This document shows, piece after piece, positions 17,490-24,433 of a DNA stretch of 64,000 bases. Every line of letters starts with the position of its first letter. The stretch's first letter is position 1. Location of the stretch: the NCBI GenBank assembly GCA_036556545.1, contig DATBJF010000060.1, positions 16,548-80,547 of the forward strand, written 5' to 3'. The position numbers and the translations under genes were made by a program. This stretch comes from Candidatus Methylomirabilota bacterium (GTDB lineage: Bacteria; Methylomirabilota; Methylomirabilia; Rokubacteriales; CSP1-6). Below the pieces are notes generated by a model that was not told the origin of the DNA, ran no database searches, and saw only the letters and a list, made by a program, of their open reading frames with translations.

Positions 17490-18164
17490 CTACTCCCCTC
17501 CCGGCACGGCGAATCGATGCGTGTTGACGATCTGACCGGTCAGCGTCTCGCCAACACGTACGTGGCACTGAACGCAGCGGTTCGTCGTGCTGCCCGAGTC
17601 GATCGGGTAGTGCGTGTCGCGGCCCGCGTGGCAGCCGGTGCACAGATCCGCTCGCTTCGCCGCCGCCTCGCCGAAACGATGCTCGTCGTAGTGACAGGCC
17701 GCACACAGTCGCCCGCCCAGCTCGTTCGACGTCGCGTCTCCGGCGAACCGGCGGCCCTCGGCGGCTGTCACGAGAAAGCGGGCCCGGCGCAACGCCGCCC
17801 GCGCCGCGCGGTCGCCGTCGAGCGGACGACGATCGCGCGAGGCGAAATGCTTGCTCAGGAGCGTCTGCTGGTACTCGGCCTGGTGGCAGCCGCCGCAGCC
17901 GGCATCCGCCACCGGATGGGTGAAGTCGGGATGTCCAGCCGGGCGATGACATTGACCGCAACGGACGCCGCGGGCGCTGTGCTTGCTCGGGGCGTTCGGC
18001 CCGTCCACGTGCGCGGCGTGGCAGGTCTCACAGCGCTCCACGTACACGGCAGGACCGGACACGGATGCCGGACGGGGCCGCTCCGGTGACGATGGCGCCA
18101 GGAAGCAACCGCCCAGCACCGCCGCCAGCGCAACGAGTCGCAGGGTCTCGATGAAGTGCTTCAT
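17490..18164 (-). CDS. Hexaheme c-type cytochrome lipoprotein
   Basis: Six CxxCH motifs (CETCH, CGQCH, CGGCH, CAACH, CTGCH, CVQCH). Signal peptide with lipobox LGGC. Confidence 0.85.
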   Translation of the reverse strand: MKHFIETLRLVALAAVLGGCFLAPSSPERPRPASVSGPAVYVERCETCHAAHVDGPNAPSKHSARGVRCGQCHRPAGHPDFTHPVADAGCGGCHQAEYQQTLLSKHFASRDRRPLDGDRAARAALRRARFLVTAAEGRRFAGDATSNELGGRLCAACHYDEHRFGEAAAKRADLCTGCHAGRDTHYPIDSGSTTNRCVQCHVRVGETLTGQIVNTHRFAVPGGE

Positions 18165-18206
18165 TCCGGGCGCCGATATCCTTTGGGCGATGGCGAGCGA
18201 TCATCT

Positions 18207-18224
18207 ATGGGACGTTGGTCCCAC
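18207..18224 (-). promoter_or_regulatory. Palindromic box ATGGGAC-GTTG-GTCCCAC (GGAC-N4-GTCC family), copy 1 of a tandem pair
   Basis: Read directly from the sequence. About 45 nt upstream of the cytochrome c start (18164). Shares the 13-mer TCTATGGGACGTT with 51314-51326. Confidence 0.5.
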
Positions 18225-18247
18225 CGCGCCGTCCGCGCCGAGCGCGA

Positions 18248-18265
18248 ATAGGACGTTGGTCCCAG
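18248..18265 (-). promoter_or_regulatory. Palindromic box ATAGGAC-GTTG-GTCCCAG, copy 2 of the tandem pair
   Basis: GGACGTTGGTCCC is identical to copy 1 and sits 41 bp away. It lies in the 234-bp divergent region between the cytochrome operon and the FixJ-type regulator. Confidence 0.5.
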
Positions 18266-18398
18266 CACTATTGCAGGAGCCCGGGTGACCGTGATAGACG
18301 CCGCTATGCTCCGCCGCTTCCCCGCTGTGGTGCGTGGGACGCGAGCACTGAGGTGCCGGTCGACCGTCCGTGTGCGACGAGTGACGAGGGGGCCCGCC

Positions 18399-19031
18399 GT
18401 GAGCGACGCGATCGTCTACGTCGTCGATGATGATGCGGCCATCAGCCGCTCGCTGGCCCGGCTGATCCGCTCGGTCGGCCTCGACGCAGTCACCTTCCCA
18501 TCGGCTCAGGCGTTCCTGGACCATCCGCGGTCGACCGGCGCCGCGTGTCTGGTGCTCGACGTGCGCATGCCGGGCCTGGGCGGGCTCGATCTCCAGACGC
18601 GACTCGGAGACGTCCGCAAGACGCTGCCGATCATCTTCATCACCGGGCACGGAAACGTCCCGACCAGCGTGCGCGCCATGAAGAGCGGCGCCGTCGACTT
18701 TCTACAAAAGCCATTCAACGACGACGAGCTGATCGCGGCCATCCACCGCGCGCTGGCGCTCAGCCGGCAGGCGCACGTCGAAGCGGCCGAGCGCGGCGAG
18801 ATCGAGCGCCGCGTCCGCACCCTGACCCCGCGGGAGCGCGAGGTGATGGACCGCGTGGTCAAGGGGCTGCTGAACAAGCAGATCGCGGCCGACCTCGGCG
18901 CCGCCGAGAAGACCGTGAAGGTCCATCGTGGACGCGTCATGCAGAAGATGCAGGCGAGCTCCGTCGCCGACCTCGTTCACATGGCCGAGCGCATCGGCGT
19001 GTCGACGGGATCGTCGTCCTCGAAGGTGTAG
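18399..19031 (+). CDS. FixJ/NarL-family response regulator (REC + LuxR-type HTH)
   Basis: IVYVVDDDAAISRSLARLIRS...LVLDVRMPGLGGLD...IIFITGHG...FLQKPF (REC). LTPREREVMDRVVKGLLNKQIAADLGAAEKTVKVHRGRVMQKM (LuxR HTH). GTG 18399 with GAGGGGG upstream. Confidence 0.9.
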   Translation: MSDAIVYVVDDDAAISRSLARLIRSVGLDAVTFPSAQAFLDHPRSTGAACLVLDVRMPGLGGLDLQTRLGDVRKTLPIIFITGHGNVPTSVRAMKSGAVDFLQKPFNDDELIAAIHRALALSRQAHVEAAERGEIERRVRTLTPREREVMDRVVKGLLNKQIAADLGAAEKTVKVHRGRVMQKMQASSVADLVHMAERIGVSTGSSSSKV

Positions 19032-19041
19032 GTCGCCCTGC

Positions 19042-19084
19042 GACCTTAGTCCGACCCGGTCGCCCGAAGGTCCAATAGTCCGCC
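19042..19084 (+). promoter_or_regulatory. Two degenerate copies of the box (GACCTTAGTCCGAC and GGTCCAATAGTCCGCC)
   Basis: One-mismatch (19042-19055) and looser (19069-19084) versions. They lie 65-110 nt upstream of the DUF3300 ATG. A GGTCGC-cct-GCGACC hairpin (19031-19045) directly follows the regulator stop codon. Confidence 0.3.
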
Positions 19085-19149
19085 GCGGAGCACGATCGTA
19101 GGCTGGCCTGCGTCTCATCATCCGGCGTCGACGCGCGGGAGGATTCGTC

Positions 19150-20667
19150 ATGACGTCGCTGCAGCGAATCGTCGTTTGGCTCGTCCTGGCGATGGCACTG
19201 TGTCCGGCTCCGTCGTCGGCGCAGGACGCACCGCGGTTCAAGCCCGAGGAGCTCGAGCAGCTCGTGGCGCCCGTCGCCTTGCATCCCGATCCGCTGCTGG
19301 TCCAGGTGCTGATGGCGTCCACGTACCCGCTCGAAGTCGTGCAGGCCGCCCGCTTCGTCAAGGACAACCCGAATCTGAAGGGCGATCAGCTGAACGAGGC
19401 GCTCAAGCAGCACCAGTGGGACGACAGCGTGAAGTCGCTCACCACCTTCCCGCAGGTCCTCACGATGATGAACGACAAGCTCGACTGGCTTCAGAAGCTG
19501 GGCGACGCCTTCCTCGGCCAGCAGCAGGAGCTGATGGCCGCCGTCCAGCGTCTGCGTGCGCGGGCACACGAGTCGGGCCAGCTCAAGAACACGGCGCAGC
19601 AAAACGTCGTCGTGGAGCCGGCGGCGGCAGTTCCCGCGGCGCCGCCCCCGGGCGCCGCACCGCCCGCGTCCGCGCAGGCACCGGCGGCACCGGCGCCGGC
19701 CGGCCAGGCCGCCGCGCCGTTCGTGCAGGCCCAGCCGGCGCCCGCCACGGTGCAGGTCCAGCAGGCCCCGGCCACGGTGCAGGTCGTGCAGGCGCCGCCC
19801 ACGGTCATCAAGATCGAGCCGGCGAATCCCCAGGTCGTCGCGGTGCCGAGCTACGACCCCATGGTCGTCTACGGCGCCTGGCCGTATCCGGCCTATCCGC
19901 CGTACTACCCGTACCCACCTGGATATTTCGCGGCCGGCGCGATGATGTTCGGCGCCGGAGTCGCCGTCGGTGCGGCGCTGTGGGGCGACGCCGACTGGAA
20001 CGGCGGCGAGGTCAACATCAACAACAGCAATGCCAACAACTTTTCGAACAACGTGAACAACTCGAACGAGGCGCGGAACCGTGTCGAGCATCGTAACAAG
20101 AGCGGCGGCTCGGGCACGGGAGGCCAGAACCGTGGCAAGTGGCAGCACAACCCGGAGCACCGCAAGGGCGTGCAGTACCGCGACAAGGGCACGCAGCAGC
20201 GGTTCAACAAGACCGGGCCCGCCAACGCGCAATCACGCGAGGCGTTCCGTGGACGAAGCGGTCAGGGCGGTGATTTCAATCGCGCCGCGCAGCAGGGCGG
20301 GCTCGGTCAGCAAGGGCGCGGTCAGGCCGGAGTCGCCGATCGCGCAGGCGGTGGTCAGAGCGGGATCGGGGCGGATCGAGCAGGCGGGGTCGATCGAGGA
20401 GCCGCTCAGGCGTCGCCACGGAGCGGCGGCTTCGGTCAGGGCGGCGGACAGGGTCGCCAGCCAGGCGCGTTCGAAGGCATGAGCGGTGGCCGGGATACGC
20501 AAAGCTTCAGCAATCGAGGCCGCGAGAGCCGGGAGAGCTTCAACCGTTCCAGCGGCGGTAGCCGCAGCGGAGGCGGTGGTGGCGGTGGAAGTCGCGGCGG
20601 CGGCGGCGGCGGTGGCGGTGGTCGCAGCGGCGGTGGTGGTCGCGGAGGCGGAGGAGGACGTCGATGA
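19150..20667 (+). CDS. DUF3300 domain-containing secreted protein with Pro/Ala linker and Gly/Arg tail
   Basis: Signal peptide, then the DUF3300 hallmark LEQLVAPVALHPDPLLVQVLMASTYPLEVVQAARF...LKQHQWDDSVKSLTTFPQVL. GGGAGG ribosome-binding site before the ATG. Confidence 0.85.
   Translation: MTSLQRIVVWLVLAMALCPAPSSAQDAPRFKPEELEQLVAPVALHPDPLLVQVLMASTYPLEVVQAARFVKDNPNLKGDQLNEALKQHQWDDSVKSLTTFPQVLTMMNDKLDWLQKLGDAFLGQQQELMAAVQRLRARAHESGQLKNTAQQNVVVEPAAAVPAAPPPGAAPPASAQAPAAPAPAGQAAAPFVQAQPAPATVQVQQAPATVQVVQAPPTVIKIEPANPQVVAVPSYDPMVVYGAWPYPAYPPYYPYPPGYFAAGAMMFGAGVAVGAALWGDADWNGGEVNINNSNANNFSNNVNNSNEARNRVEHRNKSGGSGTGGQNRGKWQHNPEHRKGVQYRDKGTQQRFNKTGPANAQSREAFRGRSGQGGDFNRAAQQGGLGQQGRGQAGVADRAGGGQSGIGADRAGGVDRGAAQASPRSGGFGQGGGQGRQPGAFEGMSGGRDTQSFSNRGRESRESFNRSSGGSRSGGGGGGGSRGGGGGGGGGRSGGGGRGGGGGRR
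20551..20664 (+). repeat. Low-complexity GGY/CGY codon run (RGG-type tail, in-CDS)
   Basis: Encodes SGGSRSGGGGGGGSRGGGGGGGGGRSGGGGRGGGGGRR at the C-terminus of the DUF3300 protein. Confidence 0.9.
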
Positions 20668-21650
20668 GCGCGCGATTTCGATTGGTGATCCTCGTCACGG
20701 CGGCGCTGCTCGACTGGCAGTCCGGATCGCCTGTCGGCGCGCAGACATCACCGCCGGCCGCCGAGACCCCCACGACGAAGCCGGCGTCACCGAAGCCCGC
20801 CGTCGTGGCGCCCAAGCGGTTCGCTTCGGCGGAGGAGGCCGCGCAGGCGTTCGTCACTGCGCTACGCGCCGACGACACGAAGGCGCTGCTCACGATCCTC
20901 GGCAGCGAGGCCCGGTCGCTCGTCTCTTCCGGCGATCCGGTCGCCGATCGGCAGGCGCGCGCGCAGTTCGTGCAGTGGTACGACACCGCCAGCAGGCTGG
21001 AGGCCTCTGGCAACACGACGGTCATCCGCATCGGTGATGACTGGCCGTTCCCGATCCCGCTGGTGAAGGACGGTGAGCGCTGGCGCTTCGACGTCCGGCG
21101 CGGTCGCGAGGAGATCATCGCGCGGCGGGTCGGTCGCAACGAGCTGCACACGATGCAGACCTGTCTCGCATACGTCGACGCGCAGCGCGAGTACTACGAG
21201 GCGGATCGAAACGGCGACGGGATCCTGGAATATGCGCAGCAGTTCAAGAGCGCTCCCGGCAAGCGCGACGGTCTCTACTGGCCCACACGGCCCGACGAGC
21301 CGCCGAGTCCCCTCGGCGATCTGGTCGTCAGCGCTCACGCCAGGGGATATCGGCTTGCCAAGGAAGGCGCGCCGACGCCCTTCAACGGCTACCTCTTCCG
21401 CATCCTCACGGGCCAGGGCCCGGCCGCGCCGGATGGTGCCTACGACTACATCGTGCGCGGTCACATGATCGCGGGCTTCGGCCTGGTCGCCTTCCCCGCG
21501 CAGTATGGCGTCTCCGGCGTCATGACGTTCATCGTCAACCACGACGGCATCGTGTACCAGAAGGATCTCGGACCGACGACGGGCACGATCGCCGCTGCGA
21601 TGCGTCGCTTCAATCCCGACAAGAGCTGGACCAAGGTCGACGTTCCCTGA
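20664..21650 (+). CDS. DUF2950 domain-containing secreted protein
   Basis: ATG overlaps the upstream stop (ATGA). Typical DUF2950 segments TCLAYVDAQREYY, GLYWPT, FNGYLFRILTGQG, GFGLVAFPAQYGVSGVMTFIVNHDGIVYQKDLG. Confidence 0.85.
   Translation: MSARFRLVILVTAALLDWQSGSPVGAQTSPPAAETPTTKPASPKPAVVAPKRFASAEEAAQAFVTALRADDTKALLTILGSEARSLVSSGDPVADRQARAQFVQWYDTASRLEASGNTTVIRIGDDWPFPIPLVKDGERWRFDVRRGREEIIARRVGRNELHTMQTCLAYVDAQREYYEADRNGDGILEYAQQFKSAPGKRDGLYWPTRPDEPPSPLGDLVVSAHARGYRLAKEGAPTPFNGYLFRILTGQGPAAPDGAYDYIVRGHMIAGFGLVAFPAQYGVSGVMTFIVNHDGIVYQKDLGPTTGTIAAAMRRFNPDKSWTKVDVP
21629..21638 (+). promoter_or_regulatory. Exact decamer GACCAAGGTC inside the last 22 nt of the DUF2950 CDS
   Basis: Read directly (ctGGACCAAGGTCGACgttccctga). 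It is the only exact copy with no downstream gene in the sense orientation, and may be a coding coincidence (W-T-K-V). Confidence 0.25.
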
Positions 21651-21669
21651 GCCGAACCGTCCGCCGCGC

Positions 21670-22854
21670 TCACGGGTCGCGCTCGACCACCAGCGCGATC
21701 CCCTGCCCGCCCCCGATGCACAGCGTGGCCAGTCCGAATCGCCGTGACAGGCGGCGCATGCCATGGATCAGTGTCACGAGGATGCGGCAACCACTGGCGC
21801 CGATAGGGTGCCCGAGCGCGATGGCGCCGCCCGAGACGTTCGTGATCTCGGAGGGCAAGCGAAGCTCGCGAGCCACGGCCAGCGCCTGCGCCGCGAATGC
21901 CTCGTTGGCTTCGACCAGCTCGAGGCTCTCGACCTTCAAACCGGCCCGGGCCAGCGCGCGCGGCGCTGCGGCGACCGGACCGATCCCCATGATCTTCGGC
22001 TCGACGCCGGCGGCGGCGTAGCCGCGCACGCGGGCGAGGGGCGGAAGTCCGAGCGTCTCCGCCCGCTCGCCGGCCATCAGGACCACCGCCGCCGCGCCGT
22101 CGTTGATCCCCGACGCGTTCCCGGCGGTGACGGTGCCGTCCTTCTTGAAGGCGGGGCGGAGCGTCGCCATCACGTCGGGGGCGGGTCGGCTTCGCGGCAG
22201 CTCGTCGGTGTCGAACACGAACGAGGCCGCCTTGCGCTGGGCGATCTCGACGGAAACGATCTCCTCCCGGAAATGACCGGCGTCGATGGCCGCCTGCGCC
22301 CGACGGATGCTCTCCGACGCGAACGCGTCCTGCTCCTCGCGGCCGATCCCGAAGCGCTCGGCCACGTGCTCGGCCGTGATGCCCATGTGGTCGCCGGTGA
22401 ACGGATCGAGCAGCCCATCGCGGAGCATCGAGTCCACGAAGGGCTCGTCGCCCATGCGGAGTCCCCAGCGCGCGGCGCCGAGCAGGTACGGCGCGTTGCT
22501 CATGCTCTCCATCCCCCCGGCGACGACGACGTCCGCATCGCCGACAGCAATCGCCTGCGCGCCCAAGGCGACCGCCTTCAAGCCGGAGCCGCACACCTTG
22601 TTCACGGTGAAGGCAGGCACCTCGACGGGGACGCCGGCGTTCACGCTGCACTGCCGCGCGGGATTTTCGCCGAGGCCCGCCTGCAGGACGTTGCCCATGA
22701 TGACTTCGTCGACGCTCTCCGGACGCACGCGCGCTCGCTTCAGCACGTCGGCGATGACGATGGTCCCGAGCGCCACGGCCGACAGGCTCTTCAGGCTCCC
22801 GCCGAACGTGCCGATGGCCGTGCGGCTCGCCCCCGCGATGACGACGTCACGCAT
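21670..22854 (-). CDS. Acetyl-CoA C-acetyltransferase (thiolase II)
   Basis: MRDVVIAGASRTAIGTFGGSLKSL, active-site context VNKVCGSGLKAV, and C-terminal GLATLCIGGGQGIALVVE. Confidence 0.95.
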   Translation of the reverse strand: MRDVVIAGASRTAIGTFGGSLKSLSAVALGTIVIADVLKRARVRPESVDEVIMGNVLQAGLGENPARQCSVNAGVPVEVPAFTVNKVCGSGLKAVALGAQAIAVGDADVVVAGGMESMSNAPYLLGAARWGLRMGDEPFVDSMLRDGLLDPFTGDHMGITAEHVAERFGIGREEQDAFASESIRRAQAAIDAGHFREEIVSVEIAQRKAASFVFDTDELPRSRPAPDVMATLRPAFKKDGTVTAGNASGINDGAAAVVLMAGERAETLGLPPLARVRGYAAAGVEPKIMGIGPVAAAPRALARAGLKVESLELVEANEAFAAQALAVARELRLPSEITNVSGGAIALGHPIGASGCRILVTLIHGMRRLSRRFGLATLCIGGGQGIALVVERDP

Positions 22855-23308
22855 CGGAGCGGCTCGCCAGCTCGACGCTGATGCGCTCCAGCGTTGCCGT
22901 CTCGATGACGGCGATCAGCGCGCGCAGCAGATCGTCGCCGGTCACGATCCCGACCAGCTCGTCACCGTCCACCACCGGCAGGCCGCCGATCTTCCGGGCG
23001 ACCAGGAGCCGTGCGGCATCCTCGATGCGAGTGCGGGGGCCGATCGTGATCGGGGCGGGCGTCATGACGGAGTCGACGGTCGCGTGACGCGCGTCCGTCG
23101 CGTGAGCCGACCTCAGATCCCGATCCGACACGATGCCGACGAGACGGCCATCGCGCACGACCGGCACGTGACGGATTCGATGCTGGTCGAGCAGCCGCCG
23201 CGCCTCCGCGAGGCTCGCGTCGGACGTCAGCGTCACCACGCGGCGGGTCATGACGGCGTCGACGAGCACGACGAGCACGGGCGAGCTCGTTTCCGTCATG
23301 CCCGGCAT
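22847..23308 (-). CDS. CBS-pair domain protein
   Basis: Two CBS motifs (VMTRRVVTLTSDASLAEARRLLDQHRIRHVPVV; VMTPAPITIGPRTRIEDAARLLVARKIGGLPVV). ATG 23308 shares one base with the upstream TGA (TGATG). The stop overlaps the thiolase start by 8 nt. Confidence 0.8.
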   Translation of the reverse strand: MPGMTETSSPVLVVLVDAVMTRRVVTLTSDASLAEARRLLDQHRIRHVPVVRDGRLVGIVSDRDLRSAHATDARHATVDSVMTPAPITIGPRTRIEDAARLLVARKIGGLPVVDGDELVGIVTGDDLLRALIAVIETATLERISVELASRSDA

Positions 23309-23706
23309 CACGGCGCCGCGCAGCGCCCGAACAGCAGGTAGCCTCCCTGCGACAGCACCGCTCCCGCCATGCTCCCGGACTTCTCGTCGACCACCAGATC
23401 CCAGGCGATCCCGAGCGTCTGCACGTCCAGGCCACGGAGCATCATCTTCCCGGCTCCGCGGTCGATCGAGATGATCTGGACGGTCCGGCCGGTTGCCGCG
23501 CCGCTGATCAGCTTGTTGCCGACATCGACGGTGAGGACCGGCGGCAGATTGACGGTAGCGGCGGTCCCGCGCACGCACGTCGATGGCTCGTTGCACACCA
23601 TGACCGTCTGAATCGTGCATTTCATGGCAGTCGCGCCCGCGTACGGTCCCGCCGCGGCCTCCGAGCCGAACAGCAGCAAGGCCGCGACGATCAGCACGAT
23701 CTTCAT
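23308..23706 (-). CDS. Small secreted hypothetical protein (132 aa)
   Basis: MKIVLIVAALLLFGSEAAAG signal peptide. GGAGG 8 nt upstream of ATG 23706. Three Cys in the mature part. No recognisable family. Confidence 0.6.
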   Translation of the reverse strand: MKIVLIVAALLLFGSEAAAGPYAGATAMKCTIQTVMVCNEPSTCVRGTAATVNLPPVLTVDVGNKLISGAATGRTVQIISIDRGAGKMMLRGLDVQTLGIAWDLVVDEKSGSMAGAVLSQGGYLLFGRCAAP

Positions 23707-23719
23707 GGCAGCGCCTCCG

Positions 23720-23735
23720 CTCGAGGTGCCTCGAG
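23720..23735. promoter_or_regulatory. 16-bp palindrome CTCGAGG-TG-CCTCGAG next to the ribosome-binding site of gene 23308-23706
   Basis: Read directly. 7-bp arms, immediately upstream (mRNA sense) of the GGAGG. Confidence 0.25.
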
Positions 23736-23849
23736 CACTATGCGATGAGCTCCATGCTTCGGACATCGGTGGCCATGGCGGATCTCCTTCGGTGGCGGCA
23801 GGGCGCGACCCCCGCGAGCGCACCGTAGCGCGCGTGCGCCATCGCCTCC

Positions 23850-23867
23850 ATCGGACCTTGGTCTCAG
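23850..23867 (-). promoter_or_regulatory. Box ATCGGACC-TT-GGTCTCAG (exact decamer GACCTTGGTC 23854-23863)
   Basis: Read directly. Lies 31 nt upstream of the ATG at 23895 (+) and about 150 nt upstream of the minus-strand start at 23706. Confidence 0.5.
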
Positions 23868-23894
23868 ATCTCGTCGGCCCGAAGACGGCGCCGG

Positions 23895-24281
23895 ATGGCG
23901 TCGTACGCCGATCAAATGGCGCCCTCGGTCGAGCCGATCACCGCGTCCGCACGCTACCGTCGTTCCATGGTGCCGCTGCGCTGGGTCAACGACGTCCGCC
24001 ACTACGACGTGACGCCGGCCACCATCGAGTACGACATCGACCTCGACGCCTTCTTCGTCGCCCGCGCGGACATCCGGTCTCCCTCGCAGGATCATCGGCT
24101 CAGCCTGGTCGTCAGCGTGACGCTCCGAGACCTCACGGCCAATCAACTCACGCTGGAGGACGCGCTTGTCCGCGGCCGGGATCTCCTGGACCGGCTCATC
24201 GCCGCCCACCGATCGGCCGTCGACTCCATCGGCGGGCACTCGATCTGGGTCTTCGATTTCATCGGGGCTCGTCTCAGATGA
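23895..24281 (+). CDS. Hypothetical protein (128 aa)
   Basis: Balanced amino-acid composition and strong G/C bias at third codon positions. No motif recognised. Confidence 0.5.
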   Translation: MASYADQMAPSVEPITASARYRRSMVPLRWVNDVRHYDVTPATIEYDIDLDAFFVARADIRSPSQDHRLSLVVSVTLRDLTANQLTLEDALVRGRDLLDRLIAAHRSAVDSIGGHSIWVFDFIGARLR

Positions 24282-24368
24282 TCGCTTTTGTCCCCGGTTG
24301 CGGGCTGGCACAATGACACCGTTGGGGTAGTAACGGCGTCGTCCGGGTGGCGCGGGCCGCTCCGGTGA

Positions 24369-24382
24369 GACCAAGGTCTGAT
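24369..24382 (+). promoter_or_regulatory. Box GACCAAGGTCTGAT (exact decamer 24369-24378)
   Basis: Read directly. Lies about 50 nt upstream of the ATG at 24434, in sense orientation. Confidence 0.5.
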
Positions 24383-24433
24383 TGCCGATCAACGGCGGAT
24401 CGACGACCGTGACGCCTCGGGGGAGTCGAAACC

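Noticed and set aside
18207-18224. Reading of TGGGAC-N5-TCCCA as a sigma-54 (-24/-12) promoter.
   Set aside because: The spacing matches TGGCAC-N5-TTGC, but the invariant GC of the -12 element is CC in every copy. No sigma-54 activator (AAA+ EBP) is encoded in the window.
24306-24311. TGGCAC hexamer upstream of the RPH-like gene, considered as a sigma-54 -24 element.
   Set aside because: It is followed by aatga-CACC rather than N5-TTGC.
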